Assembly: GCF_020745735.1 (NCBI RefSeq)
Contig: NC_083402.1
Coordinates: forward strand, 8,570,004-8,634,003
DNA length: 64,000 nt
Source of the DNA: Hemiscyllium ocellatum
Taxonomy: Eukaryota
Direction: 5' to 3'
In this document: in pieces, positions 1 through 12,144 of the stretch
Position numbering within the stretch: the first letter of the stretch is position 1
How the letters are laid out: the number at the start of each line of letters is the position of its first letter
Made by a program: the position numbers and the translations under genes
The notes under the pieces: generated by a model
Database searches by the model: none
What the model was told of the DNA's origin: nothing
What the model saw: the letters and a program-made list of their open reading frames with translations, nothing else

Positions 1-2035
1 ATATATTTTTCTCTAACAAAAGCAGCCTCAAATCCCTCAGCCTTTCCTCATAAGACGTTCCCTCCATACCAGGCAACATCCTAGTAAATCTCCTCTGAAA
101 CCATTCCAAAGTATTCACATCCTTCCTATAATGTGGTGACCAGAACTGTACACAATACTCCAAGTGTGGCCGCACCAGAGCTTTGTACAGCTGCAGCATG
201 ACCTCATGGCCACAAAGCTCAACTCCTCTACCAATAAAAGCCAGCACACCATATGCCTTCTTAACAACCCTAACAATCTGAGTAGCAACTTTCAGGGATC
301 CATGTACATAGACACCGAGACCTCTCTGCTCGACTACACTTCCAAGAATCTTACCATTAGCCCAGTACTCTGTACTCCTGTTGCTCCTTCCAAAGTGAAT
401 CACTTCACACTTTTCTGCATTAAACTCCATTTGCCACCTCTCAGCCCAGCTCTGCAGCTTATCTATGTCCCTCTGTAACCTGCAACATCCTTCAGCACTA
501 TCCAGAACTTTACCAAACTCACTATCGACTGCAATTTATGAACCCATCCTTCTACACCCTCACCCAGATCGTTTATAAAAATGACAAACAGCAGTGGCCG
601 CAAAACAGATCCTTGCAGTACACCACTAGTAACTGAACACTAGCACGAATATTTCCCATCAACCATCATCCTCTGTCCTCTTTCAGCTCGCCAATTTCTG
701 ATCCAAACCACTAAATCACCCTCAATCCTATGCCTCTGCATTATGTGCAATAGTCTACCGTGGGAAACCTTATCAAAGGCCTGACTGAAATACGTATACA
801 CCACATCAACCACTTTACCTCATCCACCTGTTTGGTCACCTTCTCAAAGAACTCAATAAGTTTTGTAAGGCACGACCTACCCTTCACAAGTCCATGTTGA
901 TTATCCCTAATCAACTTGTGCCTTTCCAGATGATTATAAATCCTATCTCTTATAACCTTTTTCAACACCTTACCTCCAACCAAAGTAAGGTTCACTGGTC
1001 TATAATTATCAGGGTTGTCTGTACTCACCTTCTTAAATAAGGAATTAGCATTTGCTATCATCTAGTTTTCTGGCACACTTCCTGTAGACAATGATGACAT
1101 AAAGTTCAAAGCCAAAGGCTCTGCAATCTCCTCCCTGGCTTCACAGAGAATTCTAGGATAAATCCCATCCTGCCCTGGGAACTTATCTATTTTCACACTT
1201 TTCAGAATTGCTAACACCTCCTCCTTGTGAATCTCAATCCCATCTATCTAGTAGCCTGTGTCTCAGTAATCTCCTCAACAACGTTGCCTTTTTCCAGTGT
1301 GAATACTAACAAAAATATTCATCTAGTCCTTCTCCTATCTCCTCAGACTCCACGCATAATGTCCCACTACTGTTCTTGATTGGCCCTAATCTTTTTCTAG
1401 TCAATCTTTTATTCCTGATAAACCTATAGAAAGCTTCAGGGTTTTCCTTGATCATATGTGCCAAACTTGTGACTCTTGAGCACTCTAACTGAGCCTTCAT
1501 GTCTCATCCTAACATAAGCCTTCTTCTTCTTCTTGACAAGAGATTCAACTTCCTTAATAAACCATGGCTCTCTTGCTCAACCCCTTCCTCCCTGCCTGAC
1601 AGGTACATATTTATCAAGGATCCACACTTCAATTGTGCCCACCCCCAGCAGTTTCCTTACCCATCCTGTGCATTCTAAATCTTGCCTAATCACATCATAA
1701 TTGCTTTCCCCCCAGCTGTAACTCTTGCCCTGTGGTACATACCTATCCCTACCCATCGCCAAAGTAAATATAACCTAATTGTGGTCACTATCACCAAAGT
1801 GCTCACCTACCTCCAAATCTAACAGCTGGCCAGGTTCATTACCCAGTACCAAATCCAATGTGGCCTCACCCCTTGTTGGCTTGTCTACACACTGTGTCAG
1901 GAAACCCTCCTGCACAAATGCTGAACCATCTAAAGTACTTTTACAGTGATATTTCCAGTCAATATTTAGTAAGTTAAGGTTCCCCATAACAACTACCATG
2001 TTACTCTCGCTCCTTGTCAGAATCATCTTTGCTAT
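1..2035 (-). mobile_element. CR1 LINE ORF2 remnant (EN + RT), fragmented
   Basis: Minus-strand ORFs with GEATLDLVLGNEPG..GDSDHN (APE endonuclease) and NYRPVNLT..QHGLVKGRSCLT (CR1 RT). Confidence 0.9.
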
Positions 2036-2461
2036 CCTTTCCTCTACATCTCTGGAATTGTTAAAATGCTGTCAGACACATGGCAAATACTGTCAATGCC
2101 CTGCACTGTTCCTAATATTTGCCCAGACATGGCAGACAAGGAAAAATTACTGACCCATTCTGTGGACAGGGACATGGACGTCCTGGTAGACAGGTAGTGC
2201 AGAGGCAAAATGTCTTTTTCACCCATGACAAGTAGAGGATGTCACCACACCAGAACTTGACCCAGGTCAGCGCAATCACAGCCACATAAAGGAATAGCCA
2301 GCACTGAAGGAAGAGGTAAGGAGCACATTCAGTGTGAATGAGACTTCAGTACAGCGAGAGAAAGGACAAGTGAGTGAAGTATGGAAATTTAATTCAGGTA
2401 GAAATTAGGTGCAAGGGGAGCCAGAGGCAATTTCACTAAGGTTTATTGCAAGAAGTAAACT

Positions 2462-2600
2462 TTCCAAAGTATGGTCATTTAAGCGGGCATTGGATAAGCA
2501 TATGGAGGTTATTTGTAGGTTAGGTAGGCTTCGGTCGGCGCAACATCAAGGGCCGAAGGGCCTGTACTGCGCTGTATTTTTCTATGTCCTATGTTCTATA
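2462..2600 (+). mobile_element. CR1 LINE 3' end
   Basis: FKRALDKHM followed by the gggccgaagggcctgtactg 3' stem motif and a (ttctatg)-type tail; near-identical to 34110-34252. Confidence 0.85.
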
Positions 2601-2727
2601 AGTGGGAGCGGATACAGAGTGTGGATCGAGAGGCCAACCTTTAATAAACCAGAGACAGAGAGACATCACAAACCACAGTATGCGCAATTCCAAGTAAGAA
2701 GCAATGGTGACCTAGACTCATGAACAT

Positions 2728-2943
2728 GGTCAAGATTAGAGTGGTGCTGGAAAAACACAGCAGGTCAGGCAACATCCAAGGAAAATCAATGTTTCAGGCT
2801 TACGCCCTTCATCAGGAATGGTTGATGAAGGGCTCCTGCCCGAAACGTCGATTTTCCCGATCCTCAGATGTTCCAGTACTTTTCCAGCACCACTCTAATC
2901 TTGACTCTGATCTCCAGCATCTGCAATTCTCACTTTTGCCCTG
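2728..2943. mobile_element. Non-autonomous fold-back Penelope-like mini-element (family A pLTRs head-to-head)
   Basis: Inverted arms 2729-2818 and 2822-2905, each with a decayed hammerhead motif; 13-bp TSD GACTCATGAACAT/GAGTCATGAACAT at 2715-2727 and 2944-2956. Confidence 0.8.
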
Positions 2944-3119
2944 GAGTCATGAACATATCTGGTCTTAAAATAAAAGTAAGGTCTTCATTGTTATTTTTAG
3001 CTTTCCTAAAAAAAAACTGGTTAATTATGACATTGATGCTGTGATTCCAATAAAATGTAAAGAGCAGAAAATTGAAAGCTTTTAATTTCTGAATGAAATC
3101 AGATAAGATATTGTTGGCA

Positions 3120-5140
3120 GGACAGAAGATGTGTTGCTGCTGCAGCATGTGGAAATTGCTGAACACCAGTGTGATCCAAGCGGAACACATCTGTGGTAAG
3201 TGTTTGCAGCTCAAGTTGAAGAACTGGAGTCTGGGCTGCAGACAATGCACCACATCAGGGTAGGGGAAGGTTACCTGGATACTTTGGTCTGGAGGGAGTT
3301 CATATCCCTCAGTCAAGGTAATTCAAATCTGATCTGTGATCAGGGACAGTTAGGTAAGAGCAGATAAGGCAGGTATGAGGATCCAGTGAGCTGCAATTGA
3401 GAAGCCTCATCCCCTGCAATTATCCAACAATAATGAGGTTCTAGCAAACTGGGTGAATTGACCATAGCACTTGGTGCAGTGAGCCATTCAAGCACTGGGA
3501 GGAAACAGAAATATAGTAATGGTAGAGAGCTATATAATTGCAGGGATAGATGCTGTGCTCTAGAGCCATTGCTGTGAGTCCAAAAGGCTATACTGTTTAG
3601 AGATGGAGAAGAACATGAGGAGGGATCAAGCTGTCATCATCCACATTGGTACTAGCAACATTGATCAGACTAGAGAGGAAGTTCTGCTGAAAGAATGTTA
3701 TCAGTTAGGAGTTAAATTAAAAGGCGGAACTTCTAAACTTCTAGATTACTATCCGAGCCATGGACAAACTGCATAGGGTAAACAGTGTCAAGACATTACC
3801 TGCATGACCCAAAGATTGGTGTGGGTGGAATGGGATTTAGTTCCAGGGTGACTGACACCAGTACTGGAGTAGCAGCGAGCTGTAGTATAGGTTGGGGGGT
3901 GGTGGAGGTGGATGATGGTGTTGGAACAATGTCCTAGTACTCCTGGACCACAGAGAGAACTTTGAGCTAATTAGAGACAGGGAGAACTTGAAAAAGCAAT
4001 AAGACATGGGAGTGTTATAGGGTAGCTATTAGATGTAAGGACTGTGCCTTCTTATATTTGCTTCTTCAAACATTGTGGAGATTGGCAGTTGTTGGTGTTG
4101 AGTACTGATGCCATCCTTGTGGGGGATGCTGGTGTAGAGTGCGGAAACGTCCATTGTGACGAAGAATGTTCCCGGTTTGACTGGTCTGTGGGTGCTGAGT
4201 TTCTGGAAGAAATCCATAGTGTCACGACAGAAGCTGGAGATCCCCTGTACAATAGGTTTCAACATGTCTTCCACATAGCCAGAGAGATTCTCACATACGG
4301 CCCCATTGCCCGTCACGATGGGACGTCCTGGTGTGTTGGCTTTGTGTACCTTTGGAAGGCAGTAGAAGTCACCTACACGAAAGGTATGTGGGATGAGGGT
4401 GCATAGGGAACTCTGAAGGACTGGATCCAAAGTTCTGATCAGCGTGTTTAATTCACGGGTGTGTTCTTTGGTCGGATCAGCTGGTAGTTGTCTGTAGTGT
4501 TCCTGGTTGTTCACTTGTCGGTGAACTTCCTTGCAGTAATCTGTTCTATTCTGAATGACAATAGCTCCTCTTTTATCTGCTGGTTTGATGACAATGTTGT
4601 GATTGGTTTTGAGAGCCTGGATGGCATTGCGTTGTGACTGGGTGATGTTTTGCCCTACCTTGTGGGTAAGGCTGATGAATCTGGCATTTATATATTTCCT
4701 GACAGTTTGAGCACACATGTCAAGCCCAGGGCAGTGGCCCTCCGGTGGGGTCCATGTTGACACCTTCTTTGGTCGCTCCTCTACAGATCCCTGTGATGAC
4801 TGTTCTAGTTCATCAGTGGGCTCAGTGGGACTGCTAGCACCTTGAAAGAATTCCCGGAGTCTCATTCGTCTGATGAACTCCTCTGTGTCTGCTGCCAAAA
4901 CCAATGGGTCCATTTTGGTGGTCGGGCAGAAGTTGAGACCCCTACTCAGGACTTCAATCTCTTCAACCCAATGGCCCACATCCAAGGATATTAAAAGAAG
5001 TGGCTGCAGGGGCAGTAGGGTCAAAGCATTCCAGAGTACACTGCATTCCAGGGGAGTTCCAGCAGATTGGAAAACTGTGAATGTGACCCCCCCCACCCAC
5101 ACCCCTTTCAAGAATAGAGGAAGACAAAGCATTAAATTAT
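3120..5140 (+). mobile_element. CR1 LINE 5' part (ORF1 Zn-finger + SGNH esterase remnant, start of ORF2), interrupted by a PLE fragment
   Basis: Degenerate CxxC-MW..HICGKC and VIIHIGT motifs of CR1 ORF1; HPRILKEVA..GVPADWKTVNVT RT start at 4967-5140. Confidence 0.75.
4075..4966 (-). mobile_element. Penelope-like element RT internal fragment (N-terminal region to RT motif A)
   Basis: Open frame VLSRGLNFCPT..IVIKPADKRGAIVI..FYCLPKVHK..PGRPIV..TMDVSALYTSIPH, typical of PLE reverse transcriptases. Confidence 0.9.
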
Positions 5141-5164
5141 AAAGACAAAGAGAAAAATCAGCAC

Positions 5165-6125
5165 TATACAGAAACTAAAAACTTTTTGCCCCTAAGCAAC
5201 ACATATCCCCCTATTCATCCATCCAGATGTCTCTTCAACATTGCTATTATAGCCCTTATCACCTCCGCTGGCTGCACATTCCAGGCATTTACTGCCTTCT
5301 GTGCAAAAAAATCTACCTCTCACATCTCCTTTCAACTCTCCTCCTAAGCCCTTAAACCTATGTCCCCCTAGTAACTGATATTTCTACCCTGGGAAGAAGA
5401 CTCTGTGCCTCTCATCATTTTGTGAACTTCTTTCAGGTCACCCCTGAAGGTTTGTCCAATCTCTCCTGATAGCTAAAACCCTCCAAGCCGGGCAACACTC
5501 TGGAAAACATTCTCTCTACCCTTTCTGGTGTTTCCACATTCTTCTGGCAGTCTGCTAACCAGAACTGTACACAATATTCCAAATGCAGCCCAACTAACTA
5601 TCTGTAAACTGCAAAATGACTTGCCGATTTTTATATTCTTGAGTCCTGACCAATGCAGGCAAACGTGCCACACACTTTCTTGACCATCCTTATTCAATTG
5701 TGTTGTTATTTTCAGAGAACTGTGGACCTATATGCCTAAATCCCTCTGTGTGTTAAAGCTTCAAAGGGTTCCTTTATTTACTGTATACATCTCTCCTGCA
5801 ATAGACCTTCTAAAATGTGTCACCTCACATTTGTCCAGATTATATTAATGAGTTAACAGCACAAATACATGCAAATGGTTATGGTTTGGTGGCAATTACT
5901 AAGACATGGTTGCAGGGAGATAAGTTTGGGAATTGAAGATCTAAGAGTACTCAGTGCTTCAGAGAGGTTTCCAAAAAAAAAGAGGTGGTGTCCTTTTTAA
6001 TAAAGGAGAAGATCAGTACTACAGTAAGAAATGATGAGAAATGCAGTGAGAAATCAGCACTGGAATCTGCCTGTAAGAAATAGCAAGGGAAAGAAGTCCC
6101 TGGTGGGAGTCCTCAAACACGAGTC
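5165..6125. mobile_element. Decayed CR1 fragments (minus-strand 3' part 5165-5845; plus-strand EN fragment 5860-6125)
   Basis: Nucleotide similarity to better-preserved CR1 copies elsewhere in the window. Confidence 0.7.
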
Positions 6126-6146
6126 ACACAGTGGGGCACAGCATAA

Positions 6147-6824
6147 TGTGATGGCACTTTGCCTTTAAAAGAGATGTGCTCTGTTCTGTTCCTCTTGCAG
6201 AGTGTTGTAGTCACCCTGATACCAAGATGCCTTCACCGGGCAAGCAGAATAAATTGTTTTGCTTTTTTTAAAAAAAAAATGAGACAAAAGAATCATGAGT
6301 GTGCAGGGCCAGGGTTCACACAAGCCCAAGAAGGTTTTTAATTTTACTTTTGGCTAGTTAAAGGTTTTCTGCTGGCTGCTGAAACCAAAAGCTTGAGTTT
6401 TCTGCTGTGAGAGTCTTAGACAGTGAGACTTCATCTTAAAAATCAAAAGGGGCAGATGGTTTCTTTCAAGATTTCAGTCTGCTAGACTAGAGAAAGATAA
6501 TGCCTGAGAATAAAACTGTTTTATTAAATTGCCTTGGCAAGGGTGCATTTATGGGATGTACCAATATTGGAACACTTAATGATATATTATCTTGTTAAGT
6601 ATTTAAATAAAGTTAGAGCTATGTCAGTTTTTTTTGTATCTAACTGTGTTGTCAGAATAAAGTGTGTTTGCTTCAAACCTAGCGGTGAACCAATCAAATT
6701 ACATCTGCAACACAGTGCATTATCCGTGTCTTTAAATAATATAAAAGTCAGTGCCTAGGCTTTCTCTTTACTACATTTTGGTGGGGTGGTGGGGTGGTGG
6801 GGTGATCTGGTCTGGTCCATAACA
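6147..6824 (+). repeat. 5' LTR
   Basis: TG...CA ends (TGTGATGG ... CATAACA); aligns with 16508-16995 (about 10 mismatches in the first ~70 nt). Confidence 0.85.
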
Positions 6825-6828
6825 AAAC

Positions 6829-6839
6829 TGGGGGCTTGT
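6829..6839 (+). promoter_or_regulatory. Primer binding site, tRNA-Pro-like
   Basis: TGGGGGCTTGT 4 nt after the LTR end; one mismatch to TGGGGGCTCGT (complement of the tRNA-Pro 3' end). Confidence 0.7.
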
Positions 6840-7364
6840 GTACAATCAAAATCTCTAATTCTATGTTGGGTTTAGGATTATTGGACTTTGGGTGTTGCAT
6901 CTGATTGGTTTAAGTAGAGTGTGGTTTGTGTAATAAAGGTTCTATCAATCATTAAGAGTTTCCTGCAGCTGCAAGAAGTCACTTGGGCGAGGCAAAGCTT
7001 TCTGAAGAGACAGGCAAATTAAAGTTGGAACTGCCTGTGTCTGTGCAGAAAAGGGAGATCATTGTAGCAACATTTCAGCATTTACAATTGCCTCGAATGC
7101 AATCAGGATAACTGGTAATGATTAACATTCAATTGCAAATGGAGCAGATTGAATCAGAGGCGATGGCAATGGAGAAAAGAGAGGGCTAATTGCAGCAGAA
7201 CGAAGAACAAAAGAATTACAACAACCTGACTATGAAAACAAAATGAAACAAGTTTAGTTCTGATTGAAAGCGGAAGGAAAAGAAAAGGACAGAATAGCCC
7301 AATCAGAAGAAAGGGATAAAGAGAGAAATTTTGATTTCAGAAGTTGGCATTGAAAAGTGAAAGT

Positions 7365-7892
7365 CATAGAGTCACAGAGTCATACAGCACGGAAACAGAC
7401 TGGAGGCGGCCCTTCAGTCTAACCAGTTCATGCCGAAAATAATCCCCAACTAAACTAATCCCACCTACCTGCTCCTGGCCACATCCCTCCAAAGCTTTCC
7501 TATCCATATATTTACCAAAAAGATCGACTTACAATGGCAGAGGTAAATGTAAACGGTGGGAGCAGTTATGAGGACAGTGATGGACAGTGAACCCATTGTA
7601 GCCAAAAGTCTGGTGGGTATCTGTTTAAATGTGTTCAAACATTGTTAAGGTTCAACGGGAAGGATGTAGAAATCTTTTCCATTTCCATAAGACCATAAGA
7701 CATAGCAGCAGAAATTAGGCCATTCGGCCCATCAAGCCTGCTCCGCCATTCGATCATGACTGGTAAGTTTCTCAACCCTGTTCTCCTGCTTTGTCCCCAT
7801 AACCCTTGATACCCTTGATACTCAAGAATCCATCTATTTCTGTCTTAAATATATTCAATGACCTGGCCTCCACAGCCTTCTGTGGCAATGAA
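7365..7892 (-). mobile_element. Two short CR1 3'-end copies nested in gag (7365-7520, 7688-7892)
   Basis: Reverse-complement CR1 3' stem and microsatellite tails (ctatgact; cttatgg). Confidence 0.8.
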
Positions 7893-8315
7893 ACAGCCAG
7901 TGACTATGTGGTAATTGTTGATCCAAACAAATTTGGTAGGTAGAGCTGGTCAAGTGTTTACATCACTATCAGACGGGGTCCCTGGGAAGTATCATGAAAT
8001 GAAAAAAAAAGTCTATACGAACTAGTGCCAGAAGCCTGCAGACAACATTTTAGGAAGCTAAGGAGAGAACTTGGTCAAATGTACACGATATGTGAAAAGA
8101 TCAAAACAGAGTTATTTTGATAGGTGGATATTTACATTGAAAATAGTCCAAACCTATGACAGTCTTAGAGGGCCTGTTATTTTGGAGTGGTTCAAAAGTT
8201 CACTGCCTGAAGTAGAGACAACTCATGCTGAAGAGCAGAGAATTAAAACTGCAAGGTTAGCAGCAGAATTGGCAACTGATTAGGAGTTGGTTCATAAATC
8301 AAAGTTTGACTTCTA

Positions 8316-10635
8316 ACCAGAATTGATCAGGGACCTCGAAGTGAAGGAGCCATTAGGAGGTAGTGACCATAATATAAGAAGCTTCAATCTGCAATTTGAA
8401 AGGGAGAGGGTACAATCGGTAGTGACAATATTTCAGTTGAATCAAGGGAACTATGGAGCTATGAGGGAGGAGCTGGCCAAAGTTCAGTGGTGCAATACCT
8501 TAGCAGGGATGACAGTGGAGGAACAATGGCAGATATTTCTGGGTATAATGCAGAAGATGCAGGATCAGTTCATTCCAAAAAGGAAGAAAGATCCTATGAG
8601 GAGACAGGGGTGGCCATGGCTGACGAGGGAAGTTAAGAAACATATAAAGTCAAAAGAGAAAAAGTATAACATAGCAAAGATGAGTGGGAAAACGGCCTAC
8701 TGGGAAGCTTTTAAAGAACAACAGAGGATTACTAAGAAGGAAATACGCAGAGAAAAAAATGAGATACAAAGGTAAACTGGCCAAAAATATAAAGGAGGAT
8801 AGTAAAAGCTTTTTTTAGATATGTGAAAGGAAAAAAATGGTTAAGACTAAAATTGGGCCCTTGAAGACAGAAACAGGGGAATATATTACGGGGAACAAAG
8901 AAGTGGCAGAAGAGTTGAATTGGTACTTCAGATCTGTGTTCACTGGGGAAGACACAAGCAATCTCCCTGAGGTAACAGTGGCTGAAAGACCTGAACTGAA
9001 GGGAATTTATATTTGCCAGGAATTGGTGTTGGAGAGACTGTTAAGTCTGAAGGTTGATAAGTCCCCAGGGCCTGATGGTCTACATCCCAGGGTACTGAAG
9101 GAGGTGGCTCGAGAAATCGTGGATGCATTAGTGATTATTTTCCAGAATTTGATAGATTCAGGATCAGTTCCTGTGGATTGGAGGGTGGCTAATGTTGTAC
9201 CACTTTTTAAGAAAGGTGGGAGAGAGAAAGCAGGAAATTATAGACCAGTTAGTCTGACCTCAGTGGTGGGAAAGATGCTGGAGTCAATTATAAAGGATGA
9301 AATTACGACACATCTGGATAGTAGTAACAGGATAGGTCAGTCTCAGTATGGATATATGAAGGGGAAATCATGCTTGACTAATCTTCTGGAATTTTTTGAG
9401 GATGTAACTCTGAAGATGGACGAGGGAGATCCAGTAGATGTAGTGTACCTGGACTTTCAGAAAGCCTTTGATAAAGTCCCACATAGGAGGTTAGTGAGCA
9501 AAATTAGGGCGCATGGTATTGGGGGCAAAGTACTAACTTGGATTGAAAATTGGTTGGCTGACAGGAAACAAAGAGTAGTGATAAACGGCTCCCTTTTGGA
9601 ATGGCAGGCAGTGACCAGTGGGGTACCGCAGGGATCAGTGCTGGGACCGCAGCTTTTTACAATATACATTAATGATATAGATGATGGTATTAATAGTAAC
9701 ATTAGCAAATTTGCTGATGATACAAAGCTGGGTGGCAGGGTGAAATGTGTGGAGGATGTTATGAGATTACAGGGTGACCTGGACAGGTTAGGTGAGTGGA
9801 CCAATGCATGGCAGATGCAGTCTAATGTGGATAAATGTATGGTTATCCACTTTGGTGGCAAGAACAGGAAGGCAGATTACTACCTAAATGGAGTCAAGTT
9901 AGGTAAAGGGGCAGTACAAAGAGATCTGGGTGTTCTTGTACACCAGTCAATGAAGGTAAGCATGCAGGTATAGCAGGTAGTGAAGAAGGCTAATAGCATG
10001 CTGGCCTTCATAACAAGAGGGATTGAATATAGAAGCAAAGAGATTCTTCTGCAGCTGTACAGGCCCCTGGTGAGACCACACCTGGAATATTGTGTGCCGT
10101 TCTGGTCACCAAATTTGAGGAAAGACATTCTGGCTATTGAGGGAGTGCAGCGTAGGTTCACGAGGTCAATTCCTGGAATGGCGGGACTATCTTATGTTGA
10201 AAGATTGGAGCGACTGGGCTTGTATACCCTTGAGTTTAGAAGACTGAGAAGGGATCTGATTGAGACGTATAAGATTATTAAAGAATTGGACACTCTGGAG
10301 GCAGGAAACATGTTTCAGTTGATGAGTGAGTCCTGAACCAGAGGACACAGCTTAAAAATAAGGGGTAGGCCATTTAGGACAGAGGTGAGGAGAAACTTCT
10401 TCACCCAGAGAGTGGTGGGTGTGTGGAATGCTCTGCCCCAGAAGGCAGTGGAGGCCCAGTCTCTGGATTCGTTTAAGAAAGAGTTGGGTAGAGCTCTCAA
10501 GGATTGTGGAATCAAGGGTTATGGAGATAAGGCAGGAACAGGATACTGATTAAGGATGATCAGCCATGATCATAATGAATGGTGGTGCAGGCTTGAAGGG
10601 CAGAATGGCCTATTCCTGCACCTATTGTCTATTGA
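8316..10635 (+). mobile_element. Young 5'-truncated CR1 LINE nested in gag; near-intact ORF2
   Basis: ORFs 8323-8775, 8837-9973 and 9980-10336: [48 protein letters not shown]. Broken by one frameshift (~8770) and one TAG (9971-9973). Intact 3' UTR with ctattgt tail. Confidence 0.95.
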
Positions 10636-10974
10636 CATCAACTTCAATTTTTGAATGCTAGAAATTGAGGAAATGAGAAATCTTCGAGTGGTAAGGGAAA
10701 AAGGGATCTCACTGAAGGCAGTAAAGAGTTTGCCATAGGTTTCGAAAGAAACCCATGAGGAAGGAAGATTAGTAAAAAAGCACAGGTGTTCTCACTGAAA
10801 TAAAGTAGGATACATCAAGTCACAGTGATGGTGGTTTGGAAAAGCACTGGGTAGACTAATGTGAGAAAATAAGAGCAAGTGGAGTCTGTTAAAGTCATAA
10901 AGGAAAGCATAGATGAAGTAAAGGAACTGCAAAGAACCTACAGCCTGGTTAGGGTTGATTAATAAGCAAGTACT

Positions 10975-11700
10975 AGATAGAGTCATTGGGTCATACAGTA
11001 TGGAAAGAGACCCTTCGACCCAACCAGTCCATGCTGACCATAATGCCAAACTAAACTGGTCCCACCTGCCTGTGCTTGACCCTGATTCCTCCAAACATGT
11101 CCTATTCATATACTTGCATAAATATCTTTTAAAATTTGTTATTGTAGCCACATCCACCACTTCCCATGAAAGTTCATTCCACACCCAAAATACTATCTGT
11201 GAGAAAAATTGCCTCTCATGTCTTTAAATCATTCTCCTCAGACTTAATAAATACGCCCGTATCATGAAACCCCCCACCGCAGGGAAAAGACACCTGCTAT
11301 TCATCTTATCTATACCCCTCATTAGTTTATAAACCTCAATCTCTCACGTCTCAACCTCCTAATCTCCAGCGAAATAAGTCCCAGCCTTTCCAATCTTCTT
11401 TACAACTCAAACCATCCATTCCCAGCAACATCCTGGTAAATCTCTTTTGAACCTCTTCAACTTTATAATATCCTGTCTATAACAGGGCGATCTGAACCCC
11501 ACACCTTATTGCAGAAAAGCCCTCACCAATTTCCTATACATCCTCAACATTAAGTCCCAACTCCTATATTCAAATGGTCTGAGCAATGAAGACAAGCATG
11601 TTAAATGCCTCCTTAACCACCCTGTCGATATGTGATGCAAACTTTAAAGAATTATGTAGGTCAACCCCGATATCTCTGTTCTACGACACTCCCCAAGATC
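10975..11700 (-). mobile_element. CR1 LINE 3' fragment nested in the LTR element
   Basis: MWNELSWEVVDVATITNFKRYL C-terminal motif and CR1 3' UTR on the minus strand. Confidence 0.85.
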
Positions 11701-12144
11701 TCTTTAAATAATTCATTTGCATAAATAAGGTTTACTCATGTAAGAAAGCATAGGTAAACATTTTACAAAATACTAAGAAATATTTTAAGAGATATAGGAA
11801 CAAGTGAGAGATGGGAAGATATGTAATTTAGAAAGATTATTGAATTCATGGTGAGAAGAATAGTGTTCTTTATATAAGTTGGAGAGTCTAGTGAAGACTG
11901 GGGAACTGGCTGTAGGAATAACAGAGAAGTTCTCTGTTCTGGGAATACAATTTATCCTTGATAATGATATAGTTAGATCACAGGTGGAAGTGGTGCCTAC
12001 TGTGATTGAAAATCAGACAACTGAGGTGTTCCAGGAAGTACGTCCTGGGATTTTTCCTGACTGCGTGGTAATAGAGTCACAAAGCTACAGGTTGAAGTAG
12101 AAGGAGAAATCAAAGAATAAAGATACGGGAGTTGTGGATCAATT

